Origin: Eledone cirrhosa
Lineage: Eukaryota
Length of the DNA stretch: 64,000 nucleotides
Assembly: GCA_964016885.1 (NCBI GenBank)
Contig: OZ024749.1
Location: forward strand, 36,270,001-36,334,000
Direction of reading: 5' to 3'
Both the position numbers and the translations under genes were made by a program. The notes beneath the pieces are model-generated. The model was not told where the DNA came from. It saw nothing but the letters and a program-made list of their open reading frames with translations, and did not search any database. Position 1 is the first letter of the stretch. The number at the start of each line of letters is the position of its first letter. Below are positions 1 through 13,024 of the stretch, piece after piece.

Positions 1-269
1 ACACACACACACACACACACACATATGCCATAAAATGATAGGAAAAAAAATCAGCCCACCACACCCAGACATGCTCATACAAAAGCATTAATGGTATTGA
101 TGGTATTGTCTTGCACAAGTAGTCTGGAGAAGAATGATAGGGGAGGTGATGGGGGTGATGGGGGGAGAAGAAATTCTTTAAAAACCTAAAACGGTTAAAG
201 AATCATTGTTATTCTTCTCTGTCAGCCCTTTGGTAAATTTGCTTGGTTTTAGCAGGTAACATGCAATGA

Positions 270-618
270 ACACCACACAAACACACACACACACACACTC
301 ACACACACTCACACTCACTCACACACACACACACTCACTCACACACACACTCACTCACTCACACACACACACACAAACACACACACACTCACTCACACAC
401 ACTCACTCACTCACTCACTCACACACAAACACACACACTCACTCACACACACTCACTCACTCACTCACACACACTCACTCACTCACTCACACACACTCAC
501 TCACTCACTCACTCACTCACTCACTCACACAAAAACACACACACACACACACACACTCACTCACACACACTCACACACACACACTCACTCACACACACAC
601 ACTCACACGCACACTCAC
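270..618. repeat. (CA)n/(CTCA)n compound microsatellite
   Basis: Mixed ACAC/ACTC runs read directly. Confidence 0.95.
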
Positions 619-779
619 ATGAGAAAACGGATGTGAAATGATATAAATACAAGTGTGTGTGTTTGTGTATATATGTGTAAATACAAGTATATGTATATAC
701 ATGTATGTATGTGTATATGTATGTATGCATGCATTTGTGTATGTCCATGTATATGCATCCGCATATAAATGCGAGTGTA

Positions 780-1300
780 TGTGTATGTATATATATGTAT
801 ATGTATAGGTGTGTATGTATATGTATAGGTGTGTATGTGTATATATATATATATGTATATGTATAGGTGTGTATGTGTATATATATATATATATGTATAT
901 GTATAGGTGTGTATGTGTATATATATATATATGTATATGTATAGGTGTGTATGTGTATATATATATATGTATATGTATAGGTGTGTATGTGTATATATAT
1001 ATATATGTATATGTATAGGTGTGTATGTGTATATATATATATGTATATGTATAGGTGTGTATGTGTATATATATATATGTATATGTATAGGTGTGTATGT
1101 GTATATATATATATATGTATATGTATAGGTGTGTATGTGTATATATATATATGTATATGTATAGGTGTGTATGTGTATATATATATATGTATATGTATAG
1201 GTGTGTATGTGTATATATATATATATGTATAGGTGTGTATGTGTATATATATATATATGTATAGGTATGTATGTACATATATGTTTTATATATATATATG
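780..1300. repeat. Minisatellite GTATATGTATAGGTGTGTATGTG plus variable (TA)n
   Basis: About 13 tandem units differing mainly in TA run length. Confidence 0.92.
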
Positions 1301-1324
1301 GAACCTGTAAGCTGGTAGAGCACG

Positions 1325-1508
1325 AATCACAATAAAATGCCCCTAGTACACACTATAATGTGGTTGGTGTTAGGAAGGGCATCCTGTCATAGAAACCAAG
1401 TCAAACCAAAGCATATGAGCAAGACCTAGGTACATGAATGATCTGGTCTCATCATGTGATAGGCCTTGCAAGCTTGGAAAATAGACATTAAATGGAGATG
1501 ATAATGAT
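1325..1508 (+). mobile_element. SINE family B, diverged 3' portion
   Basis: GGTTGGTGTTAGGAAGGGCATCC motif shared with the copies at 7020, 9062 and 20780; ends in an (ATG)n-like tail. Confidence 0.7.
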
Positions 1509-1646
1509 ATATATATATATACACACGCACGCACGCACACACACACACACATATATATATACACACACGTGTTTAAAATAGACATAAAAATGGTGATATA
1601 CAGACGCACACACACATATATACATATGCATATATGTATGTGTATC

Positions 1647-1707
<61 letters not shown>

Positions 1708-2226
1708 ATGTACATGTGTGTAAATTCAGCCATGTAGCTAAGCTCATTGTATTCAATTGTTTTATGTAATACAATAACACAGAATTCTTTGAATCAATCC
1801 GGAGACATTTCAAGATTTCCACAGGTTTCGAAATTTACCGGAGAATAAGAAAGAAAACATATATAATAAACATTAAAAAAAAATACAAAAATCAACTTCC
1901 CCTGCACCCCCCACCCTCCCTAAATACAACCAAAAATAAGAATAAAATAGTATGAAATATGTGTGTCTATATATGAAATGGTGAATGAGGAAGGTGTTTC
2001 CAATATATATAAAAGGTTTCTGTTTCTGGGAAAGGATTCTCAAAATAGATTCCTTGAAAACAAATTCTCATTAATTGAGAGGAACTAAAAGAGTGGAGTG
2101 AGTATAGAAGATATCTTCTGGACATTATTGTACCATATTCTTGTTGTTGTTGTTGTGGCCATTATTATACATTATACATGTTGTTATTGTTGTCGGCATT
2201 ATTGTACAACTGGTTGGTTTTTACAG

Positions 2227-2790
2227 TATTGTACACTATACATGTGAATATATTGTACAATATACATGTGAATATATTGTACAATATACATGTGAATATA
2301 TTGTACAATATACATGTGAATATATTGTACAATATACATGTGAATATATTGTACACTATACATGTGAATATATTGTACAATATACATGTGAATATATTGT
2401 ACACTATACATGTGAATATATTGTACAATATACATGTGAATATATTGTACAATATACATGTGAATATATTGTACAATATGTTGTGTGCATTATTTTACAA
2501 AGGGCGGTGGATTGGTAGTATCGGTAGAGGTTCGGACGCCATGCTTTCCAGCATAGTTACGTCCCTTTACGGTCTGAGTTCAAATCCCGCCGAGGTTAAC
2601 TTCGCCTTTCATCCTTACGGGGTCGATAAAATAAAGTACCAGTAATGCACTGGGTAATTGCTGGCCTTGTGCCAAAAGTAGAAACAATTATTTTACAATA
2701 TACATGTGAATATATTGTACAATATGTTGTGTGCATTATTTTACAATATACATGTGAATATATTGTACAATTGGTTGTGTGCATTATTTT
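2227..2790. repeat. 24-bp minisatellite (TATTGTACAATATACATGTGAATA), interrupted by a SINE
   Basis: About 10 units before the SINE and about 3 after it. Confidence 0.93.
2502..2686 (+). mobile_element. SINE family A (tRNA-derived), full length
   Basis: Head GGGCGGTGGATTGG, B-box GAGTTCAAATCC, conserved body GCCTTTCATCCTTACGGGGTCGATAAAATAAAGTACCAG (resembles the MetaSINE domain, from memory); TSD ATTATTTTACAA at 2489-2500 and 2687-2698. Confidence 0.92.
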
Positions 2791-3499
2791 ACAAGGTTTG
2801 TGTGTGTTTCATTAAGCTAATTTTACATTAAGTATCCCATAGCTGCTGTACATCTATCACAATCAACCCCCACTGTTTTCTTCCATGGATAAGTTATTGA
2901 TGTCTTTATTTCTTAAAACCCTGTAATGGTTTAGCAGTAAATATCTAACAAGTTTCATTCAAATGTTTATAGTATCAATACTAATGGACAAATTGTGAAC
3001 ATTTTCCATAAACTAAAGACTTTAATATTTAATGTGATGCAGGCACACTGCTGTTTTGTACTTTACAAGAATGTTTTGTTAGTGTAGTTCCATGTGATTT
3101 ATTATTAATTCAAATGTTTATAATATCTTTACTAATGGACAAATTAGTGTGAAAATTTGCAATATAAGAGTGGATACTTGAATTTTTAATGTGCATGATG
3201 CAGTCATACTGCTGTTTTGTACTAAATGTTCAATTTATATGTACTTGTGGTCAATTCATTGTGAAACTGTACAGTACTAGAGTAACGATTTGCCATATAT
3301 ACTCGAATATAAGCTGATCCCCTACTTTATGTCTGAGAAATAGGTGAAATTCCAAACCCTGTTTATAAACTGAGGCAGTTAATCAACACATTGTTTAGAT
3401 GGTGTATATAAGCCATCCTTCCATTTTATCATCATTTTTTTAAATTTTTGGTCACATGCAGTTATAGTGCTGCTTTGTACTTTTTAAAAATGTGTTAAT

Positions 3500-3661
3500 A
3501 ATTGTTTCTACTTTTGGTACAAGGCCAGCAATTACCCAGTACATTACTGGTACTTTATTTTATCGACCCCGTAAGGATGAAAAACAAAGTTAACCTCGGC
3601 GAGATTTGAACTCAGTCCGTAAAGGGACATAACTCTATGTTGGAAAGCATTGCGTCCGACC
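3500..3661 (-). mobile_element. SINE family A, 5'-truncated
   Basis: Reverse complement of the 2502 copy; flanking TTAATAAT duplicated. Confidence 0.88.
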
Positions 3662-3708
3662 TTAATAATGTGGTTTCATGTGGTACAGAATGTTAAGAGA
3701 TTACTACA

Positions 3709-3939
3709 TTAATATTCTTTAGCATTTACATTACTCTGTATTTACTATTGTATTTTCATAGTAAACACTTTACTTCATATAATTCACACATAATATCGAA
3801 TCTACGAGATTTTGATATTGTTTATTTTGAGAACCAATACCTTAACATCAGTATGAGGGGCCTGTTATGGACAAATTTCAACAGAAAGAAGTGAGATAAT
3901 TCTGGCCAGATACAGCCGGTCTAAATGCAAAAGGGTTAA
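3709..3939. mobile_element. Degenerate TTAA-ended MITE-like element
   Basis: Right end AATGCAAAAGGGTTAA resembles the TIR at 24703-24720; left end TTAATATTCTTTAGCATT is degenerate. Confidence 0.45.
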
Positions 3940-4404
3940 TATTCTTTAGTTTTTTAGTTTTTTTTTCTAAATCTGTACTAAATCTCCCCCAATTATATAT
4001 TCTGTCGATAATAAAACCTGTAAGAATTTAGTTTTACAGATTGTTTTTAATTAGATTTTTCTCCTTGATTTTTTTTCCTGTCTGCTAGTCTTTGTTCTTC
4101 ATCAATGGTTGTATATTGTCGGTAGAATGCAACTTAGTGCAGCACCTCTTATTGTTAGATTCATATTTCATTACCAACATTGTTTAGATTTGCCCGAGAA
4201 AAATTCATTCCGTTAATGAAAGATTTCCAAATTGTCTGTGAACTTTAATGTTTTACACAATGTTAAAAGCAGCATCATTATTATCTCTCTTGTTCTAAGC
4301 AAGTGTAATTCATTATAGAAATTACATTTAGGTCAAGGATTTTTTTATTTTAATTTCTTGGCCAGTTTTGCTGTTGCTGCTGCAGCTGTTTAAGGTGAGT
4401 TGGA

Positions 4405-5050
4405 GGAATGTAGAGGGATGATGGTTGGTGGGGTAGTGGTGGAGTATAGAGGGGATGATGGTTGGTGAGGTAGTGGTGGAGTGTAGAGGGATGATGGTTG
4501 GTGAGGTAGTGGTGGAATGTACAGGGATGATGGTTGGTGAGGTAGTGGTGGAATGTACAGGGATGATGCTTGGTGAGGTAGTGGTGGAATGTAGAGGGAT
4601 GATGGTTGGCGAGGTAGTGGCGGAGTGTAAAGGGGTGGTGGTATTGGTAAAATATACAGGATTGATTATGGTTGTAGTGGAGTGTAGAGAAATAATGGTT
4701 GTGGTGAGGTGGTGGAAGAGTATACAAAGATGATTGTAGTGGTGGAGTGTATGAAGGTGATGGTTGTGGTGGAATGTAGAGATGGTTGTGAGGTGGGAAC
4801 ATATAGAGATGATTGTGGTGGTGGAGTGTAGAGGAATGATGGTTGTGTTGATGGTGATGGAGGAGTGTAGAAGAATGGTGGTGAGGTGGGGTATTTACAG
4901 AGACTGGTAATGGTAGTGGTGGAGTGTATGGAGATGATGGTTGTGGCGTGGTAGTGAAATGTACTGAGATTGTGGTAGTGGTGGGGTATACAGTTATATT
5001 GGTGATCAGGGTGGTGGTGATGTTTGTGGTATAGGTGGTGGTGGTGGCAG
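4405..5050. repeat. 36-bp G-rich minisatellite decaying into GGT-rich low complexity
   Basis: Units GATGATGGTTGGTGAGGTAGTGGTGGAATGTACAGG at about 4410-4630. Confidence 0.85.
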
Positions 5051-5839
5051 ATTATAATGAACTTAATATGAAAATTAAGTATTATTTCCAACCACAAATG
5101 AATTGCAACATGAACTTGTAACATTCTTCAACAAGAAATGTGCGATGAAGCGTGCACCATTCAGGTAGTTAGCCTGAAATACTAGCTTTTGTAAGTAGCT
5201 CTATAGCTGCTTTAATCTGATAGCCAGAATTCCTCAACAGGAAGAACAGTGAAGCCCACTCCGTTAAGCATGAGTAGCTCTCTTGTTAAGTATATTTTCT
5301 CTAGTCACTATCACTCTCTCCTCCCTTATTCTCTCTATAACTCTAGTTTTATTAAGACTTCTCCGTCTGTTATGATCAATATATCTTGTTTTCATATATT
5401 CAATGTAATACTTCTTGTATTTTTGTTTTATCTTTCCTTTCTTTCAATCAATTTTCCATCGCTTCTCGTTCATATTGACATTTTCCAAGACATTACCTGA
5501 AGAGCCCTGAAGGCAGAGAGGGATAAGAGACCTAAAAACCTCTATACAAGTTCCTTCATCAAAGCTTACGGGGATGATTTGACACAAACTTCTTTAGAAA
5601 CGAACATTTCAATAAACATTTTTTATTTTTTGTTCAAATATGAGAAATGTTCCTAAAACAACAGCAACTTCAACCCCACCCTCTCTTCCCTGAACTAAAA
5701 CAAAAATGTTTGACCTCACCGACAAAACTAAATGTAAAAAGAAAGTTTAACATTTTTGTGCTGTGAAATAACACACTTAGCCCTTTCGTGACCTTATTTC
5801 TAATGAAATACATTCAATTTTAATTAATAGATGAAGTTT

Positions 5840-6358
5840 GAGGTAGGTGGGGAATAAAAATTAGGTTGTTTCTGAAATGCAATAAAATTAATTCTTCCTA
5901 AATTTAAATTTCAATAATAATTTGACATGAGGAATAATGAAAATGGGGAATGTTTTCAGTAAGAAAGTAGGTGTATTTAACCTTTTCATGACCATATCCT
6001 AGTGATATACACTCTATTTCATTTAATCAATGAAGAATTTTGAGTTTCCTAAAATGAATAATTTCATTATTAAGATAGCATCTTGATATATGGTTCTTGT
6101 AATGAAATTATGTTGGAAGATATTAATGGAAATAGCAACCCCTTTAAAATAGATGGTTTTGTTCCATAGAATCAGAGCTGGTTTTGCCTGGGTTGATATC
6201 AAATTATTATTTCATTACTATGATAGTAACTTAATATATGGTTTTTATATAAAATTATGTTGGAAGATTTTAATATAAACAGGAACCCTTTAAAACTGGT
6301 GGCTTTGTTTCGGAGAACCAGATCTGCTTTTGACTGGATTGGTATTAAAGGGGTTAAG
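5840..6358. mobile_element. Dispersed repeat with TTAACC...GGTTAA ends (MITE-like) and an internal duplication
   Basis: Clearly homologous to 47100-47460; segment 6064-6200 is repeated at 6208-6345. Confidence 0.6.
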
Positions 6359-6619
6359 ATTTGGACTAGATTTTTATATTTATATCTCCCTGTTTAAAGA
6401 AACATTTTTTTTTTAAACAAACAAATCCTAACATGGAAGTGAGGAAAAAAGTGGGTAAGATTTAAAAAGTTGGCTTCTCTTGGCATCAGTTACAACTATT
6501 TCTAAAGAATATTCCTCGAGAATTTATTTAGGGAAGAATTCCTATAAAAATGTTTAGTATATTATTTTTTCACTCTTCCCAAATACTGAGCAGATGTCAG
6601 TATTGAATAAAAAAAAAAA

Positions 6620-6804
6620 GGGCGGTGGATTGGCAGTATCGGTAGAGGGTCGGACGCCATGCTTTCAAGCATAGTTACGTCCCTTTACGATCTGAGTTCA
6701 AATCCCGCCGAGGTTGACTTTGCCTTTCATCCTTACGGGGTCGATAAAATAAAGTACCAGTAATGCACTGGGTAATTGCTGGCCTTGTGCCTAAAGTAGA
6801 AACA
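6620..6804 (+). mobile_element. SINE family A, full length
   Basis: Near-identical to the 2502 copy; TSD AGTATTGAATAAAAAAAAA at 6599 and 6805. Confidence 0.93.
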
Positions 6805-7009
6805 AGTATTGAATAAAAAAAAATATATATATATTTGTATTATTTTCATCATCACTTCCAGCATCTCTGTCACCACCCCCACCACCACTACCAGCATTGC
6901 CAACATGATCATCATTATCTCCACTATCATCATCATTGCCGCTAGTACTGTGGCCACTATCTCCATCACGAGCATCATACTTACATATACATACATACAC
7001 ACATATCTG

Positions 7010-7172
7010 CAAAATGGTCGTGGAGGTGCCACGGCAAAAAAGCACCCAGCACTCACTGTAAATGAGGTTGGTGTTAGGAAGGGCATCCAGCTGTAGAAAT
7101 CAAGCCAGCATCAGTTCCCGTCCCACCCTTGCAAGCAGGGAAAAAGCGGACGTAAAATGAAATGAATGAAAT
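7010..7172 (+). mobile_element. SINE family B, 3' part
   Basis: Near-identical reverse complement of 9062-9200; (AAATG)n tail. Confidence 0.85.
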
Positions 7173-8091
7173 GATATATATATATCCAGCATGGCCTCTG
7201 CCGGTTGGCTGGAACAGGTAAAAGAGATAAAAGAGATATAGTGTGTGTATAGTATAGAGAGAGATATTAAAACTTTATGTTTAAATTTGCATCCCTTGCA
7301 AACAGAGTGTATGAAGCTTTGGTGCACTTCATACCTGCATATGAATGTTTGTTGCATTAAGAGAACATTTACGTGCATTCCTGCATACCTACACTCATAG
7401 ATACATGTTCACACATACATATAGATATGCACATATGACCACACACACATTAGTACATGTGTGTGACCTGTGAGTGTGTGACCTGTGAGTACTGAATTCC
7501 TGAATGGCAAGCTGCTGTAATGTGGTCTTAATACTTCCAATATATTGGCTGTGTGATTGATTTATTGATTAAGAAGAGCAGTGATGGGCAAATCAGAAAC
7601 CATTTTGGATATTAAACCTTCAAATTTAGACCTCTCCACCAATTATGGAAGTGATTCTCCTATGTTCTCCATCTCCACCACCTCATGTCTCAAAGAGGGA
7701 GAGAGAGTGGAATTAGTAAATAGTGAGGGAAATGGAAGGAGTGAGAGAGAGAGAATATGAGAAGAGGAAGGAATCTAAGGAAAGTGGTAGAGAGAGAGGA
7801 AGAGATAGAAAGGTGGGTGTAGAGAGAGAAAAAGTGAGAATGTATGGAGAAACAGGGGAGCGAGAGAGAGAAGGATGGTAATGTGTGGGGATCTTACATG
7901 CAATTCTATCATTTGTTTGCCTTGGAATTTCATCAGAACTGATTGACCCCCACCTCAATCCACTCTACCTGCTCACTGACTATGTACCCTTAACCAAGTC
8001 TTTCCACCCCACTCTAACCTATCTTGCCTGGCTACCCAGCTCCTGATTACATACTCTTAAGTTAGTGATGGTGTTGTTGTAAGCAGTGATA

Positions 8092-8155
8092 GTGGTGTTT
8101 TACAATGGGGTGGTGTTGGGTCTACCTTATATTGATATCAATGACTTAGTCAGTG
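8092..8155 (+). pseudogene. Highly decayed LINE reverse-transcriptase fragment
   Basis: Reads SGVLQ/GVVLGLPYIDINDLV across one frameshift, resembling the CR1-type RT motif [21 protein letters not shown]. Confidence 0.4.
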
Positions 8156-8688
8156 GTGGTGGTGTTGTTGCAAGCAGTGATCGTTTACCAAGTTAGGTAA
8201 ATAACTCCTGGAGATGGAAAAAGGTTGACAGAGCCCCTGCAGGAATTAAACCAGTTACCTACCATATACAGCTGGACAGCTGTGATACCATCGTGATACC
8301 ATCGTGATGTACATGTGCAGTTCAATTGTTTATCAAACTTGCTTTATGCTTCATAAACAATTCATTGTTGTAATTATATATAAGCGTATCGAACTAGACA
8401 AATTGAGTTTGTGCTAGTATGCCGAAATTTCTCACTTGCTTGATGATTTTACAGGACTTGCTTTTCCGAAATCCCTATCGGTGATTCAGAGTGCACACAT
8501 TTAGTTATTAGGGGTAAAATCAGTACTATGTGCGAGTGTTATATAAATCAGCCCAGGCCCAACAAAATTTGTTGGTTTCTTCCCTGCATACCACGCCCTG
8601 GAGTGCAATTACTGCATCCCAGTACACGGAAGATGTGACCAGGACCAACACAGCGAGCCGTCAATATATATATACATATATATATATG

Positions 8689-8960
8689 TACAATATGTTG
8701 AAAAGGTAACACATCAGAGAGAGATATAGAGAGATATACAGTGCGCTATCAATAAAACAGGGAAAAAAAACCACCAGTGTATGGAATCTATAACCTATGA
8801 AGAGGTATTTATTTACGCTTTAATTTATATTTTTAATTATTGTGTCTATAGTCTGCCTTTCATAGGTTATAGATTCCATACACTGGTGGTTTTTTCCCCT
8901 GTTTTATTGATAACGCACTGTATATCTCTCTCTGGTGTGTTACCTTTTCAACATATTGTA
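8689..8960. repeat. Long inverted repeat (arms 8689-8801 and 8859-8960)
   Basis: Arms of about 105 bp are reverse complements with a few mismatches and indels; spacer about 57 nt. Confidence 0.93.
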
Positions 8961-9054
8961 TTTTAAAGAGCTCAGGACCTCTTCTCCTTTGAGCACATCA
9001 TTTACAGGGAATAGCGAGGGCCTATGCCTCCGTTAATTTATCGTGATGTTTTCA

Positions 9055-9379
9055 TTTTTCATTTCATTTTACGTCCACTTTTCCCTGCTTGCAAGGGTGG
9101 GACGGGAACTGATTCTGGCTTGATTTCTACAGCTGGATGCCCTTCCTAACACCAACCTCATTTACAGTGAGTGCTGGGTGCTTTTTTGCCCACGACCACT
9201 TTGCAGTGGAATGATAGGAACCCCAGTCCCTATCATCTCATTTCTACAGCTGATTAAACTGGACCAATGTGAAATAAAGTGTCTTGCTCAAGGAAACAAC
9301 ACATCACCCGGTCTGAGAATTGAACTCACAACCTTTCGATTGCAAGGCCAATGCTCTAACCACTAAGCCATGTGCCTCC
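9055..9379 (-). mobile_element. SINE family B, full length (tRNA head plus CORE-like domain)
   Basis: Minus strand: A-box TGGCTTAGTGG, B-box GAGTTCAATTC, CCTTGAGCAAGACACTT (CORE-SINE-like), GGAAGGGCATCC and an (AAATG)n tail; near-identical to 20780-21110. Confidence 0.88.
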
Positions 9380-9386
9380 ATATGTA

Positions 9387-9418
<32 letters not shown>

Positions 9419-9419
9419 A

Positions 9420-9824
9420 GCAAAAAGGATATTCAATTTGTTGGTAATTCAACAAATATAAATGTTCATAACTGATTCAGAGCACTCAACAGTTTTCTGG
9501 AGTATAATATTCAATGATATTAAATAAATGGAAACTATATTTATAAAACCATATTTATTCTATTATATATATTTCAAGGGTACCAAAACTTTGGTACGCT
9601 TTCATCAGATAAAATACGAAGTGTGTTTTATAAATTTTGTCATAACCAAGAAAAATACCTTAACTATCCAAGGAAAACTTGAACCATTAAGGTCTTTTTC
9701 TTGGTTATGTCAAAATTTATAAAACACACTTCGTATTTTACCGGATGAGAGTGTACCAAAGTTTTGGTACCTTTCAAATATATATAATAGAATAAATATA
9801 GTTTCCATTTATTTAATATCATTG
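9420..9824. mobile_element. Hammerhead-bearing element copy 1 (Penelope-like terminus) with fold-back 9512-9824
   Basis: Homologous to the 16103 and 34927 copies; arms 9512-9663 and 9687-9824; adjoins (TA)n. Confidence 0.75.
9556..9616 (-). ncRNA. Minimal type-I hammerhead ribozyme motif
   Basis: TATTTTAT-CTGATGA-AAGCGTACCAAAGTTTTGGTACCCTT-GAAA-TATATA-TA-ATAGAATA: both core boxes, stem II hairpin, 8-bp stem I, and a minimal stem III with palindromic ATAT loop. Confidence 0.78.
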
Positions 9825-10019
9825 TATATATATATATTATTTTGTTGTATGTATGGTTTGTGCCTTTGGTTGGTTATCTTGGTGTCACATTTTATAACTA
9901 CGGTGTTTAACTCTGGACTTAATGTTTGTTTTTAACTTTCAATCCATTGAGTGCTCTGTGATTTCCTCAAAACAAATCGAATTGTACATACTGTACTGCA
10001 GCTAAAGTTCAATTTACAA

Positions 10020-10048
10020 ATATATATATATGTGTGTGTGTGTGTGTA

Positions 10049-10089
<41 letters not shown>

Positions 10090-10174
10090 ATATGTGTGTG
10101 TGTGTATATATGTGTGTGTGTATATGTGTGTGTGTGTATATATGTGTGTGTGTATATATGTGTGTGTGTATATA

Positions 10175-10223
<49 letters not shown>

Positions 10224-10775
10224 ATATATATGTATGTGTGTGTATATATGTGTGTATATATGTGTGTGTGTGTATATATATATGTGTGTATGTATATATA
10301 TATGTGTCTGTGTGTATATATGTGTGTGTGTGTGTATATATATGTGTGTGTATATATATATGTATGTGTGTGTGTATATATGTATGTGTGTGTGTATATA
10401 TATGTGTGTGTGTGTGTATATATATGTGTGTGTGTGTATATATATATGTGTGTGTGTGTGTATATATATGTGTGTGTGTGTGTATATATGTGTGTGTGTA
10501 TATATATATGTGTGTATGTGTATATATGTGTGTGTATATATATGTGTATATATATGTGTATGTATATATATATATGTGTGTATGTGTATGTATATATATA
10601 TATGTGTGTATGTGTATGTATATATATATGTGTGTATGTGTATGTATATATATATATGTGTGTATGTGTATGTATATATATATATATGTGTGTATGTGTA
10701 TGTATATATATATATGTGTGTATGTGTATGTATATATGTATATGTATGTGTGTATGTATGTATATATATGTATGT
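10020..10775. repeat. (TG)n/(TA)n compound microsatellite
   Basis: Direct read. Confidence 0.95.
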
Positions 10776-11382
10776 CAGGTCACCAGTTGGTGATACTGGT
10801 AACATGTATTCCAGTACAACCTGTCTCGTGGTCGGGTCGTTGGCGACTAAACTGGCAGCCCCACCAATGTTTCTTGGTGAGGAGGGTGACTTTGGACATC
10901 CTGCAGGACTAAAAACAAAACCTGTCAAAGGGCAAAGGAGCTCTTAAGAGTCAATGGCCATGCAAAATCACCGGGAGAGATGACCCCTTAGCCTTTGTTA
11001 AGGCAGAATTCTAGGAGAAGGAAAACTCTGATATAACACCTGCAACCCTGATGGTATCCAATGATGTTGACTTGTTCTTCTTTTTGGTAAATATCATCTT
11101 GGTTAAGAGAGTGGGACTGGCTTTGTGCAGTGCCTTTGCTCACTATAATACCTTCACGGCACAGGCATTGCTTTATATCTGGAGATCTCTCTGCACTTGT
11201 CGTCACATGGTACCATGGGCCCAGCATTGATGTGTCAATAATTGTCACAAGTGTAGTGTTTGTACCAGAGTTTTCATGTTGCTGGCTGGACTAAAGAGTC
11301 ACACTTGTTCAGCGCATCGGTAGGAGTTCTCCTACATGGATATAAAGTAGTGGTCATACTCGAAAACGAGTTGGCAGCCACC
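10776..11382. mobile_element. Probable interspersed repeat of unassigned class between microsatellites
   Basis: Higher-GC island bounded by simple repeats with no credible ORF; classification is inference only. Confidence 0.35.
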
Positions 11383-11395
11383 ATGTATGTATATG

Positions 11396-11432
<37 letters not shown>

Positions 11433-11568
11433 ACACTCAAGGGCGGTGCCCCAGCATCGCCTCAGCCGGATGGCTGGAACATGTAAAAGAGTATAACCCA
11501 TGCTAGCGTGTTAAATGGACGTTAAACGATGATGATGATATATATGTATATTTACAACATATTATTAG

Positions 11569-11750
11569 TGTGGATTGGCAGGATCGGTAGAGGGTCGGAC
11601 GCCATGCTTTCCAGCATAGTTACGTCCCTTTACAATCTGAGTTCAAATCCCGCCGAGGTTGACTTTGCCTTTCAACCTTACGGGGGTCGATAAAATAAAG
11701 TAGCAGTAATGCACTGGGTAATTGATGGCCTTGTGCCTAAAGTAGAAATA
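11569..11750 (+). mobile_element. SINE family A
   Basis: Near-identical to the 6620 copy; TSD ATTATTAGTG at 11561 and 11751. Confidence 0.92.
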
Positions 11751-11973
11751 ATTATTAGTGTGTTATCTTTTAAGTGTTAACCTTCAGTTTATCATCTTCG
11801 TTAGATGTTTACTTGATAATTAAGTTTCGTTTTAATTTGTTTATATACAGACTTCACACATACATGCACTCACAAATGCATATTTATATATATAAATGCA
11901 TCTGCTCAAACACACACTTATGAAATATGCACATATAAGTATATTTGTATATGCGTGTGTATTTATATATTTG

Positions 11974-12021
<48 letters not shown>

Positions 12022-12799
12022 CAAATAAATACACATGCATATGTATATGTTATATATGTTATAGAATACTATTAGCTTCTCGCTAAAACAATTTCTATAC
12101 CTTTCATTTATATATATATATATAAACACACATATATCGTTATGTATTTAATTTTCCATTAAGGAGTTTAAATTAATTAGCGCAAATTACCTTAATATCT
12201 TTGATATTACTGATAATGGTGATATATTCCAGCATTAACCGATTCCAAGAAGGAATTTATTTTATTCCATTATCAGAACTGTTTCAATCATGGCTTAGTT
12301 GACATTATCTCTTTAATCATCTGATCAGTGGTGAAATGGTGAGGTGGAGGAGAGAGAGAAAGAGGGAGAGATCTTCTGCATGTGAAAGATATATATCTTT
12401 CTCCAGGTGTTACCAAGTAATCATACTGCCATTTTATAATTCTACAGATTCATAATTCCTCCACACTGTCCCATTCCATTTAGATTTGAAATATACAGGA
12501 AAAGAGAAAAAAAAAGAAATGCATACATATGAAAATAAAAACTTAAATAAAACAGTGTATGTATGTGTGTATATATGTGTGTGTATGTAATGTATGTAAT
12601 ATGTGTATGTATGTATGCATGCATGTGTATATGTGTGTGTATATATGTATGTGTGTGTGTGTATATATGTATGTGTGTGTGTGTATATAATGTATGTGTA
12701 AGTCTGTGTGTATACATGTATGTGTATATGTGTGTGTATATATATATGTATGTGTGTATATAATGTATGTGTAAGTCTGTGTGTATACATGTATGTGTA

Positions 12800-12987
12800 C
12801 CACGACGATTAATGCGGTCTTTACGAAACAGGTTGTAGCCAGTCATGCTGAAAACCCCATCACAGAGTAAGGGATGTGCCCAAGTTTCCGTGACTGTAAT
12901 GAAGTCAGGGTTGATACTTTTGACGTAGGAGTCAAAAAGATGAATCTTATTGCATACAAGGACAACAATTTGTACCTTGATTCCAGT
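12800..12987 (-). pseudogene. LINE ORF2 N-terminal APE endonuclease fragment (CR1/L2/Jockey group)
   Basis: Manual translation ...VCNKIHLFDSYVKSINPDFITVTETWAHPLLCDGVFSMTGYNLFRKDRINRRG contains the PD-x-x-x-x-TETW and GY-x-LFRKDR signatures; truncated by a microsatellite. Confidence 0.85.
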
Positions 12988-13024
12988 CTATGATTATGTG
13001 CAGGGGATGGCAGGTTGTTCTGAT

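Noticed and set aside
2502-2595. tRNA genes at SINE heads
   Set aside because: A/B-box-like motifs are present, but I saw no complete cloverleaf, and they run into SINE bodies with TSDs.
5495-5530. Hammerhead-like CTGAAGA-GCC-CTGAA-GGC-AGAGA
   Set aside because: GAAA box absent and no stem I/III.
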